A DNA stretch of 64,000 bases, taken from NCBI GenBank assembly GCA_040388745.1, contig JAZKBF010000043.1, positions 84,405-148,404 on the forward strand, read 5' to 3'. Each line of letters begins with the position of its first letter. The first letter of the stretch is position 1. The stretch is from Bacteroidota bacterium (GTDB lineage: Bacteria > Bacteroidota > Bacteroidia > 2-12-FULL-35-15). Positions 20,027 to 29,159 of the stretch are shown one piece after another. The position numbers were made by a program, and so were the translations under genes. The notes below the pieces were generated by a model. The model had not been told where the DNA came from. It searched no databases and saw only the letters and a program-made list of their open reading frames with translations.

Positions 20027-21130
20027 ATGAAAAGACTTGCAGTTATAAATGGGTTGAGAGGTTATGCTATTTTGGGAGTAATATACTTTCATTTGATTGG
20101 CGTTTTTTTTAATCAACCGGGTTGGTATACCGTTTTTATTGGTAATCTACCGATATTCCCTTTAACCTATTTAGGGCATGGCTGGTTGGGAGTTGATCTG
20201 TTTTTTATCCTCTCGGGGTTTGTACTCTATCTGCCTTATGCAAATGGCAGCCGTGAATTAAAAACGGGCGCCAGTGTCTGGACCTTTTATAAACACCGGG
20301 CTTCCCGGTTATTGCCTTTGTACTATATTTCGTTAGTAATTTCTATTTTCTTTATCGTTCATGCAAGTAACATTCATGAGTGGAGTTTTTGGAAAGACAT
20401 GATATTGATGTTTACTATAACCTTCAATTTTACTAAGGCGACCTTTATACCGTCCTATAATTATGTGTTATGGTCTTTAGGTATAGAGGTGTTGTTCTCT
20501 GTAATTTTCCCTTTATTGATCTGGTTGATCGTTAAAAAAGGGATAACAAAGTTTTGTTTGGTGGTATTTTATATGAGTTTTATTGTAAGGGTTGTCTCTT
20601 GTTTTTATCCGAATTATTATCTGGCACCTCACCTGAATATGATCAAGGACAGTTTGTTTGGTAGGTTAGATGATTTTGCAACAGGAATGCTGCTTTGCCA
20701 TTGGTTTGTAACAGGCTGGAAACAAAAATGGTTTGAACAATACAGCCTCGTTTTATTTTTCCTTTCACTTTTTGTGATCACCTTGGGATGCTATTTTTCA
20801 GACTATGTTTTTTTACATTACATCTCTTCTTATTTCGAACCCTTGATAAATACGTTCTTTCAGCTGGGCTTTGGATTGTTAACGTTATCGCTTTTGCACA
20901 TGAAAACAAATCCAATACAATTTTTATTTGCAAATAAATCGTTACAACTATGCGGAATGATGTGTTATAGTTTATATCTATGGCATGGAAATATGCGTAT
21001 GGTGTTTATTGCAGATTATACTCCACTGCGAATTATCACTTATTCGATGTTTTTATTTTTGCTTTCCTTTTTAACCTATAGGTATATTGAATTCGGAAAT
21101 AAAAAAATGGAAGATATACTTCCACAATAA
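20027..21130 (+). CDS. acyltransferase family 3 (membrane O-acyltransferase)
   Basis: 367 aa, ~10 TM, N-terminal NGLRGYAILGVIYFHL signature of Acyl_transf_3. Confidence 0.75.
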   Translation: MKRLAVINGLRGYAILGVIYFHLIGVFFNQPGWYTVFIGNLPIFPLTYLGHGWLGVDLFFILSGFVLYLPYANGSRELKTGASVWTFYKHRASRLLPLYYISLVISIFFIVHASNIHEWSFWKDMILMFTITFNFTKATFIPSYNYVLWSLGIEVLFSVIFPLLIWLIVKKGITKFCLVVFYMSFIVRVVSCFYPNYYLAPHLNMIKDSLFGRLDDFATGMLLCHWFVTGWKQKWFEQYSLVLFFLSLFVITLGCYFSDYVFLHYISSYFEPLINTFFQLGFGLLTLSLLHMKTNPIQFLFANKSLQLCGMMCYSLYLWHGNMRMVFIADYTPLRIITYSMFLFLLSFLTYRYIEFGNKKMEDILPQ

Positions 21131-21148
21131 AGGTTCTCAGGTTTTGAA

Positions 21149-21832
21149 TTAAACCAACCCTCCGTTCAAGTCAATGCAGGAGCCTGTTAGGTAGGGCGTT
21201 TGGCGAATGTATTGTATTGTATTAAAAATATTTTCAGGATCGCCAAATTCATTGTAAGCAATTTTTGATTTTATTTTTTCTTGTATTTCAAGGGGTACAG
21301 AATTTATCATTCCAACTTCAAAATAACCTAAATTAATATTATTTATAGTAATACCTTTTTGTGCATTTTCTAAGGCAATACTTTTTATCATTCCGTTTAA
21401 TCCTGCTTTGGATGCTGCGTAAGCGCTGGTCCCCATCACTCCAATTTGTCCTACTATTGAAGATAAATTAATGATGCGTCCAAAGTTTTGTTCACGCATT
21501 ACCTGTAATGTTGCACGTATCAGATGATACGTTCCATTCAGATTTACATTAATTACCTGGGTCCAATCGTTAACATTTGATTTATGAGTGAATGAGTTTT
21601 GAGTAATGCCGGCACAGTTAATTAGTGTGGTGTTTTTTAATTCCGGTTCAACGCTTTTAATAAATTTTTCAACTTGTATGTAGTCGGTGATATCAAGTTG
21701 ATAGGTGTTTTCAAAAATTTCTCCTTCAGGTTTGTTTTCGTGATAAGTGCCAATAATTTTTTCTCCAGCTTGGGTAAACTTATTGAATAAAAAATCCCCT
21801 ATTCCGCCTGTAATGCCCGTAATGATTATCAT
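21149..21832 (-). CDS. short-chain dehydrogenase/reductase (SDR)
   Basis: 227 aa; TGITGGIGDFL glycine-rich loop; NAG; YAASKAG catalytic motif. Confidence 0.75.
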   Translation of the reverse strand: MIIITGITGGIGDFLFNKFTQAGEKIIGTYHENKPEGEIFENTYQLDITDYIQVEKFIKSVEPELKNTTLINCAGITQNSFTHKSNVNDWTQVINVNLNGTYHLIRATLQVMREQNFGRIINLSSIVGQIGVMGTSAYAASKAGLNGMIKSIALENAQKGITINNINLGYFEVGMINSVPLEIQEKIKSKIAYNEFGDPENIFNTIQYIRQTPYLTGSCIDLNGGLV

Positions 21833-21856
21833 AGAGGTAGATTGAAGGTTAGCACG

Positions 21857-24226
21857 TTATTTCTTTGATTTTGCTTTTTCGTCTTTTGCCCAATTCAAAT
21901 TGCCTTTTGCTAATCGGTGTGTAGGATCAATTTGTAAGGCTTTGGTACAAGCCTCAATGGCTTTATCCCATTGTTTTAACATGTTATAAGCCGCGCCCAT
22001 ATTGCTGTAAGCGCTTGCATATTCAGGTTGAAATTCTAATGCTTTTTTACAAGCTTCAATACTTTTTTCATATTGGCCTTGTTGATAATAGGCTAAACTT
22101 AGATCGATCTGGCTACCGGCAGATGGTGATTCATTAGCAGCGGTTTCAACTTTTGAGGTTTTATCGCGCTGACTTAAAGCATCAGCGAGGTTGTTTTTTG
22201 CTAACTGAAAATCAGGTTTGATCTCTATTGCTTTTTGACAGGCAGCAATACCTTTATCGTATTGTTTCATTAAGGTATATGCGGAGCCCATATTGTTATA
22301 AGCATCGGCATAATCAGGTTTTAATTTTACTGCTTCTAAACCGGCATTAACGCATTGTTCGTATTTACCTGCCTGATAATACATTAAACTTAAATTAAAA
22401 TATTTTTCTGCCGAAGGGTCTTTCTTTACTTCTTCTTCAGTCATTTCAATTTTCCCTTTTTGGTTTTTGCTTGCTTCCAAATATTGCAATGCTTCCGGGT
22501 TGTTAGGTATTATTTGTAAAGTACCCTCAGCTATATCTTTAAGTTTAGTCCAATTACCGGTATCGTTATATGCTTTCATCAATATACTGCGAGCGCCAAT
22601 ACTAGCAGGGGAAAGCTCGATACATTTTTCTAACATAGGTATCGCTTCGGTATACCGTAATTGACCACATAAAAAATTGCCATAAAAAAACCAGGTATCC
22701 GGAGTATTTCCTCCATATTGAGTTGCACTTTTAAAATAATTTTCTGCACTTACTTTATCACCTGTAGCGTTTTTCAAAACGCCCATGTTTATGTGTAAAG
22801 AATAGTAATAGGGCCACATAGCTATGGCTTTGGTAAAACATTTTTCAGCTTCCACGTAATCACCTTTTCCCATTCTGCTAAGTCCGTAATTCATTAATCC
22901 ACGGGCATTTTTTGGGCTTTTAATAGTTACATCATACCATAAACTCTCTTCAGTTTTCCATACTTTATTACGTTCGTAAGTTCCAAAGGCGTAACCTGAA
23001 AGTACCACTATTACAATAAAAACAGCCATTATATCATAGCTAAAAGGTAGTTGTTCCAGACGTTTTTTATATTTCATTAACAATAAACCAATGGCCCAGC
23101 ATACACTTATTACAAGCCCGACATAAGGAAAAAAGATACGGTGGTCATTTAATACCTCAGCAAAAGGAATTACACTTGAAGAAGGGACCAATGCTAAGAA
23201 AAACCAAAGGATACCATAACTTATAGGGCGAAGACGTTCATCTTTAGAGAAAAGGAATGAAATATAAATCATTAAAAAAATAAATGCACAACCAATAAAA
23301 AATCGAATGTTCCAAATGTTTTGCAGCGGTTCCCAATCGCTATCTGCACTTAAGCCGAAGGGAAAAAAGAAAGTAGTAAAATAATGAGCAATTACAAATG
23401 GTTGAGTAATTAAGTAGTTGATAGTGGATGAACCGCCAGATTCCCAAGTTTTAGGGGTTAAGTGGTCAATAAATAAATATAATGCGGCACAAAAAATAAA
23501 TGAAGGGATCGTTTTTTTAATTACACTAATTAGTTGTTTTGACTGCTTTTTATTAAAGATATCATACAAACTCATTTTTTGCTCAAACAAAAGGATGTAA
23601 AAGAATAATAAGGGTGCAAACATAACCGTGGTTGGTTTTGCCAGACCACCAATACCGATCGGAATCAGGTAGAGATGAGTTCTTTTACAATAGGGCGAAA
23701 ACATATACAGAACAAAGCCAAGCACCACAAAAAACGTGGATTGCAAATCGGACCGGGCGATAACGTAATTGATCGTTTCGGCATTGGCAGGGTGCAAAAG
23801 GTACCATGCAACGGCAATTGCAGCAATATAAAAATTCCAGTTGTTTTTATAGGAGGTATTAAAGAACTTGAAAATAAAAAAGAACATTAAAATACCCTGT
23901 AACAAAAAAAGGATAAATGATGAAAGGTGAAAATAAAACATGTTATACCCTTTCCCTAACCAATAATCGAAAGCGAGTGATGTGCTAACAAAAGGCCGGT
24001 AGGATTGGTTGCTGGGCAGGGAACTAAAAGTTGTTGCGTCTTTGAAAAAACGCGGAATGTTTTTTATATCCTGAATAAATAAATTGTTTTCTACAGCATG
24101 GGAATCATCAAAATGAAAAGAGTTGTTAAAATGATTTGAATAAACAAGTGTTACAACTATTATCAGTAATAGGAAATAAACTAAAGTTTTGCCTTTAGAT
24201 AAATTTTCAAATAAATTTTTAATCAT
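21857..24226 (-). CDS. TMTC-like membrane protein: N-terminal DUF1736/PMT_2-type polytopic (GT-C-like) domain fused to C-terminal TPR repeats
   Basis: 789 aa; ~11 TM in the first ~420 aa with first-loop FHFDDSHAVENN (the acidic DD motif of DUF1736/TMTC); C-terminal ~350 aa of TPR units (A.AY.N.G.AY....Y..A...L.). Confidence 0.65.
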   Translation of the reverse strand: MIKNLFENLSKGKTLVYFLLLIIVVTLVYSNHFNNSFHFDDSHAVENNLFIQDIKNIPRFFKDATTFSSLPSNQSYRPFVSTSLAFDYWLGKGYNMFYFHLSSFILFLLQGILMFFFIFKFFNTSYKNNWNFYIAAIAVAWYLLHPANAETINYVIARSDLQSTFFVVLGFVLYMFSPYCKRTHLYLIPIGIGGLAKPTTVMFAPLLFFYILLFEQKMSLYDIFNKKQSKQLISVIKKTIPSFIFCAALYLFIDHLTPKTWESGGSSTINYLITQPFVIAHYFTTFFFPFGLSADSDWEPLQNIWNIRFFIGCAFIFLMIYISFLFSKDERLRPISYGILWFFLALVPSSSVIPFAEVLNDHRIFFPYVGLVISVCWAIGLLLMKYKKRLEQLPFSYDIMAVFIVIVVLSGYAFGTYERNKVWKTEESLWYDVTIKSPKNARGLMNYGLSRMGKGDYVEAEKCFTKAIAMWPYYYSLHINMGVLKNATGDKVSAENYFKSATQYGGNTPDTWFFYGNFLCGQLRYTEAIPMLEKCIELSPASIGARSILMKAYNDTGNWTKLKDIAEGTLQIIPNNPEALQYLEASKNQKGKIEMTEEEVKKDPSAEKYFNLSLMYYQAGKYEQCVNAGLEAVKLKPDYADAYNNMGSAYTLMKQYDKGIAACQKAIEIKPDFQLAKNNLADALSQRDKTSKVETAANESPSAGSQIDLSLAYYQQGQYEKSIEACKKALEFQPEYASAYSNMGAAYNMLKQWDKAIEACTKALQIDPTHRLAKGNLNWAKDEKAKSKK

Positions 24227-24426
24227 GGTTAAAATTAGCTTTATTCGTAAAAGTAGTAAAAATTCTAATTTGAATTTGGGAATTAAAAACCATAGTTTTT
24301 ATTTTGTAGTGAAAATAATATTTTAATATTTAATTATTTTTATTAAATTTGAACTGCAATTTTATCTAAATCTGTTGATGATCTAGAACCGTATAATTAA
24401 TATTAAAAAACCAAATAGGACAGAGC

Positions 24427-25359
24427 ATGAATACTAATAATGAAGAGAAAAAAGAAAACGATTTAGTTGACTCAAACCAAACCTCCGATATTAATCAAGA
24501 AGGAAAATCCGAAAACACTCCATTTGATTCAGATGACAGTTTAGATATTGGTCAGGAAGAAAAAAACGAAACAACTCCTGCTGATGAAAAACAAAGTAAA
24601 ACGATCAGAACTATTGTAATCGTTGTTTTATTATTGTTACCTATTGCGTATATTTTTTACAAAACTGCCGGTAATTCCAGTTCAACTCCGGAACAAGCGG
24701 CTAATCAGGCTCAAACGATAGATGTTGCCGCTTATGAAAATGCTGCAGCTACCAATCCTACTTTTAGTAACCTACTTAACCTTTCAAATGCTTACATCAA
24801 CTCCGGAGTTGCAGGAAAGGCTATAGAGCCTTTAAAGAAAGCAATTGAATTAAATCCTGAAAGTGCTATTGCATATAGCAATTTGGGATTTGCATATACT
24901 ATTATTCAGCAGTATAAAAAAGGAATAGAATTTGGACAAAAGGCTGTGCAATTGGATAGTACTTTCCAGTTGGCTAAAAACAATTTGAATTGGGCTTTAA
25001 CCGAACAAAACAAATTGCTTCAAGCGATTGCGGAAGTAGAAAAAACACCTGAAGATAAAAGAAATACGGATTTTTATATTATGTACGGATTGCAATATTT
25101 AAAATTACAGGACTACGATAAGAGTATTGCAATCTGGAATAAAATACTTGTAACAGAGCCTAAAAATTCGGCAGCATTAATAAATATTGGTGTGGCTTAT
25201 ATGTCTAAAACCCAATACGATGATGCGGTTAAGAGTTTTCAAAAGGCTATAGATGCCAATGCTAATGATCAACTTGCGAAAAATAATCTTGCTTGGGCGT
25301 TGAGTGAGCAAAATAGAGTATTAGCTGAAAAAAATAAAACAGGAGTTCAACAAAAATAA
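24427..25359 (+). CDS. TPR-repeat protein with acidic N-terminus and single TM anchor
   Basis: 310 aa; low-complexity acidic N-terminus, TM (IVIVVLLLLPIAYIFY), then ~6 TPR units; repeats end with LAKNNLNWAL / LAKNNLAWAL, closely resembling LAKNNLADAL / LAKGNLNWA in the upstream TMTC-like protein. Confidence 0.7.
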   Translation: MNTNNEEKKENDLVDSNQTSDINQEGKSENTPFDSDDSLDIGQEEKNETTPADEKQSKTIRTIVIVVLLLLPIAYIFYKTAGNSSSTPEQAANQAQTIDVAAYENAAATNPTFSNLLNLSNAYINSGVAGKAIEPLKKAIELNPESAIAYSNLGFAYTIIQQYKKGIEFGQKAVQLDSTFQLAKNNLNWALTEQNKLLQAIAEVEKTPEDKRNTDFYIMYGLQYLKLQDYDKSIAIWNKILVTEPKNSAALINIGVAYMSKTQYDDAVKSFQKAIDANANDQLAKNNLAWALSEQNRVLAEKNKTGVQQK

Positions 25360-25436
25360 TAGGATCCTGAAAAGGAAATCGAGGTTAGTTGCATTATGAT
25401 TTTGCGCCTTTTTTTCTTTTTTTTAATTATACATTT

Positions 25437-25479
25437 AGGGGACGTTATGCAAAAAATATTTTTTTGCATAACGTCCCCT
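25437..25479. terminator. perfect 20 bp-stem hairpin (AGGGGACGTTATGCAAAAAA-tat-TTTTTTGCATAACGTCCCCT), bidirectional intrinsic terminator candidate
   Basis: Read directly; the right arm is the exact reverse complement of the left arm; it sits between convergent genes 24427..25359(+) and 25813..27000(-) and has A/T tracts on both sides. Confidence 0.65.
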
Positions 25480-25812
25480 AATAATTTGTATTCTTGGTAA
25501 TGCAATATGAAGATATTGTCAAAGCGTCTGAATAAAGTAATTCGTATCAGTTATAATTTAGAAATAATTCCACTCTTCATTGTAAAGGGGGGCTTGTAAC
25601 TCAGAATATGATTTAACATAATGAATAAGCCCTGATCAGTTAAGGTAACCCTAACTATAAAGAATTACATTCCACTAACATTTATTTTGATGATTTTCTG
25701 GAATTTTGTTTTACAATTATATTGGGTTTAAGATTTTCCAAACCTCCAAAAGCATTTTCCATTGCTGATTTGCAATTTTAGTAACAATCCAGAAAGCAGA
25801 TTTTAATCTCTA

Positions 25813-27000
25813 CTAATTTAATGATTGCAAATACGCTAAACGACCTTTAATCAGTTGTAATACTTTATTTGTAAAAAAACTAAGGAGTACAATTGTGCCT
25901 GATAAATATAGAATAATCATTGCTATATAACGCGACCAATGCTCGTTGGTAAGGCCTGTAGCAAATCTTTCCCAAATGCTATTAAAAACAAGTAAAGTCC
26001 CTGTTAAATAACAAAGTAGGGCGATGAGTATTGAAGTTGAATGCTCAAAAATATAATAGAGTATTGTTTTATTTTGTTTTGCATTTGGCTGAAGAGTGAA
26101 GCATACAACATTATAAGTAATATGCGAAATGCTAAGTAAAATAATCCCAATTAAACCAAATACTGTTGATACAACAAATCTATAGATCATCCAATCTTCA
26201 AGGAAATGATTTTTTAAGTAAAATAAAAATGGGGAAGCAATAATTAATAATGCAATTGACAAACAGCAAACAGCAATCAGATTGAATATTTTATATGGGA
26301 TATATAAAAAAATGTTTTCAAGTATCACAGATAAAAAGCGTTTCCCATCTTTCCATATTTTAAGTTTAGATTCCCCTTCACGTTCCAAATAAGGCATATC
26401 TTTTTCAAGAATAGTAAGATCTTGACTTAATACAGCTCTTGCGCTCATTGCGGGTGTAAAATGCAGGCCATCAGGTAATGGCATAATTTTATGCAAGGCT
26501 GTTTTGCGAATAACCCTCATACCACTGGCGGTATCTTTTATCCGTTTGTTTGCAACCAAAGAAAGCATTACTGAAAATAGTGTATTACCAATCCTTCTTA
26601 TAAGTGGCATTTCACTTTGTTTATTTAATCGCGAGCCTAAAGCAACATCAGCACCTTGCTCAGTGATCAGGTTGCATAGTTCCGAAAAAAATAAAGGGTC
26701 ACATGTGCCATCGGCATCAAGAAATGCAAGTAAGTCAGCATCCTCCCTGCTTTTCCAGCCTTCTTTTATAGCAGCACCGTATCCGCGGTTTTTTTCAAAA
26801 ATGATAAGATCTATTTTATCAGAGTGACTTTTAGCAATATTTACAGTATTATCGGAAGATCCATCGCTAACTACAACAATGTCAATTGAAGTTACTTTGC
26901 TTTTTTCACAAATAGCAGATTTCGCTTGCTGTGTCCGTAATATTATGCTCTCAATGCTCTTTTCTTCATTCAGAGCGGGAATTACAATTAATAATTTCAT
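25813..27000 (-). CDS. membrane-anchored GT2 glycosyltransferase (DPM1/GtrB-like catalytic domain + C-terminal ~5-TM domain)
   Basis: 395 aa; LIVIPALNEEKSI, VVSDGSSDNT, LDADGTCDP (DXD); C-terminal 170 aa polytopic. Confidence 0.75.
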   Translation of the reverse strand: MKLLIVIPALNEEKSIESIILRTQQAKSAICEKSKVTSIDIVVVSDGSSDNTVNIAKSHSDKIDLIIFEKNRGYGAAIKEGWKSREDADLLAFLDADGTCDPLFFSELCNLITEQGADVALGSRLNKQSEMPLIRRIGNTLFSVMLSLVANKRIKDTASGMRVIRKTALHKIMPLPDGLHFTPAMSARAVLSQDLTILEKDMPYLEREGESKLKIWKDGKRFLSVILENIFLYIPYKIFNLIAVCCLSIALLIIASPFLFYLKNHFLEDWMIYRFVVSTVFGLIGIILLSISHITYNVVCFTLQPNAKQNKTILYYIFEHSTSILIALLCYLTGTLLVFNSIWERFATGLTNEHWSRYIAMIILYLSGTIVLLSFFTNKVLQLIKGRLAYLQSLN

Positions 27001-27171
27001 TTATATTAAATATTACCTTCTATTTCGTTAAGTTTTTTGTGAAGCATAAGCCTGTTTTTTCAATGTTGTTCTTCTCCTTCTCAGGAATTAATATAAACTT
27101 GCTTTAATACCATGCAATTGTAGTGTTTTATTTTTAAGGGGCAATAAATTTTCATTAAAACCTCTCCTACA

Positions 27172-28596
27172 TTAAGTTCGTTTTTTTTTTAATGCCAGAA
27201 AATATATAAATATAAAAGAAGGAAATAGTTGAAAAAATAACCTGTGAAGGGAAGAGGAAAGGTAATAATTTAAATCTAAATGTGAGATTATAAAAATAAA
27301 GAAAAACCCTATTAACATTAATAAGAGCAGAATAAAATTAGATACAAAGCTTGGATTATTTTTGAGACTTACGCCTTTATATAAAATTCCAAAAAGAAAT
27401 AACCACCAAGGATTTAGTGCCCATTTTCCAAATGCGCTAAATTGATCAAGATACCATCTGCTTGCTATTACATACCTCGAAGAATCTGTAAGCTTTGCAA
27501 ATGCATGTGTTCCTTGTGCATCTGCCATTATATCAGATGGTGGAGCTATTTTTATTTTATAATATGCCAAGAGAATTAATATGGGAAGCATACCTGCAAG
27601 CAGGTATAACATTTCAACAAGTAGCACGCGGTAATTTTTTTTAAAAAACAATAATACTAATTGCGAAGTAAATAAACACATAATAAAAAACAATCCTTCA
27701 TTTTTACTCCAAGCGGCTAATCCTGCTGCAATGCCCGCCATTATAAGAAAATGGGGTTTTGTCGAAGTTTCGTTACGGGCATAAGTCAATAATACTATTG
27801 TTGCTAAATAAAAATAGCCAATTGTATTATCGGCATATTGGGAATCACCCATTGTCATATAAAAAGGAGTACAAAGCAATATTAAACCAGCGATAAGCCC
27901 ATTTGTTTTATTAGAAAAAAAGCTAACAGACGAAGCCAAAAGGCCAATGGTGCAAAAAGTAATTATGAAGCAAAAAATTATCGGAACCCACACTGTTTCA
28001 TTTTGGATCAGTATCCAGCAGCGGGCAATAAAGCCTTTCTGTAACAAAGGGTAATCTAAATGGAGGTCATACAGATCATCCGGGATCATTTTGTGAAATG
28101 AATTTGCCCAGCCTTGAGGGTATCGGCTAATGAATTTAGCGCTTAAATTCCAATTCGCCCAGGCATCCCATAAGCCATGAGGAGTTTCGATGCTATCGAA
28201 TAGGAAAATTCCAGCATCCATCATCCAGGCGTAAATATAGATCCCTGTAATTAAAAGTAAAATAGGATTTTGAAGTAATCTATTCAAATAGCTGATTTTA
28301 TGAGGCAGGGCAGGTTTGCTTGTGTTAAACCATTCGAATTGATAAATTGTTTTCGGATAAATTTTAAATTTGAATATTAGAAAAGCCAACAATCCAATTT
28401 CAATCAAAAAGGTCAGGAAAGTTGTAAATCCAAGTAAATTAAAAAAAATGAAAATAACAGAGGAAATACCTATTCCTATTGGGAAAGAAAGATTGATAAG
28501 AAGCCTGAATTCAATCGTTTTGGTTTCTTTAAAAATTAGAAGGCAAGACACAAAGCCGAGCAAAAGAGGTATAAACATTGAAAAAAACAACATCAT
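27172..28596 (-). CDS. large polytopic membrane protein, paralog A of 41037..42530 (uncharacterised; possible GT-C-type glycosyltransferase or polymerase)
   Basis: 474 aa, ~12 TM; roughly 50-55% identical by eye to the 41037..42530 product, including LINLS.P.GIGISSVIF, HGLWDA..NWNL.AKFIS, PFYMTMGDSQYADNT, AWSKNEGL, HRLFFQLFP.FIFIYFL; no named family recognised by eye. Confidence 0.5.
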   Translation of the reverse strand: MMLFFSMFIPLLLGFVSCLLIFKETKTIEFRLLINLSFPIGIGISSVIFIFFNLLGFTTFLTFLIEIGLLAFLIFKFKIYPKTIYQFEWFNTSKPALPHKISYLNRLLQNPILLLITGIYIYAWMMDAGIFLFDSIETPHGLWDAWANWNLSAKFISRYPQGWANSFHKMIPDDLYDLHLDYPLLQKGFIARCWILIQNETVWVPIIFCFIITFCTIGLLASSVSFFSNKTNGLIAGLILLCTPFYMTMGDSQYADNTIGYFYLATIVLLTYARNETSTKPHFLIMAGIAAGLAAWSKNEGLFFIMCLFTSQLVLLFFKKNYRVLLVEMLYLLAGMLPILILLAYYKIKIAPPSDIMADAQGTHAFAKLTDSSRYVIASRWYLDQFSAFGKWALNPWWLFLFGILYKGVSLKNNPSFVSNFILLLLMLIGFFFIFIISHLDLNYYLSSSLHRLFFQLFPSFIFIYFLALKKKRT

Positions 28597-29045
28597 TTAG
28601 CAAGTACGATTAAACCATTATTAAAATCTTTAACTATGTGCCAACCATTATTTAAATGAAAATTGGTTTCGGGGTTAATATGAACTGACGAATAAAGGTT
28701 GTATAGAATTGTATCGCAAACAATTCCATCAATGGAGATTATATTAGGAGTTAAATAATACCGTGTAAGAGCGAAATGCATTGCACCTGTACCATAATCT
28801 TCATTGGCTTCTCCAAAATACGAGAAATGCGAGGGTTTAATAAATATTTTTTTTACCTCTTCGTACCGGTTTCCGTAAAGTGTAATGTAATCATTACCAT
28901 AATTTTTCTTAATAAACTGTACAGGACTTTCAAACTTTTCTTCATATTTAAGGAACGTAATATACATTTGTCCTACTATGATGGATAGTAAAATTAATAT
29001 TAGAATGTTATTGACAACATTAATGATCTGTATATTCGATTTCAC
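28593..29045 (-). CDS. small single-TM protein, paralog A of 42527..42976; 4-nt ATGA overlap with the downstream large membrane gene
   Basis: 150 aa; N-terminal TM; conserved YGNDYITLYGNRY, and a C-terminal 22-mer FHLNNGWHIVKDFNNGLIVLAK nearly identical to its paralog. Confidence 0.5.
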   Translation of the reverse strand: MKSNIQIINVVNNILILILLSIIVGQMYITFLKYEEKFESPVQFIKKNYGNDYITLYGNRYEEVKKIFIKPSHFSYFGEANEDYGTGAMHFALTRYYLTPNIISIDGIVCDTILYNLYSSVHINPETNFHLNNGWHIVKDFNNGLIVLAK

Positions 29046-29159
29046 TTGTTTTAAACTTTTGTTGTTATTGATAATTAACCATAAATCAGGTGAACTATAT
29101 CTAATTTTTAAGCAATTTGAGCTTTCGATTAAGCAACTTTGTTAATAATGCAATGAACT

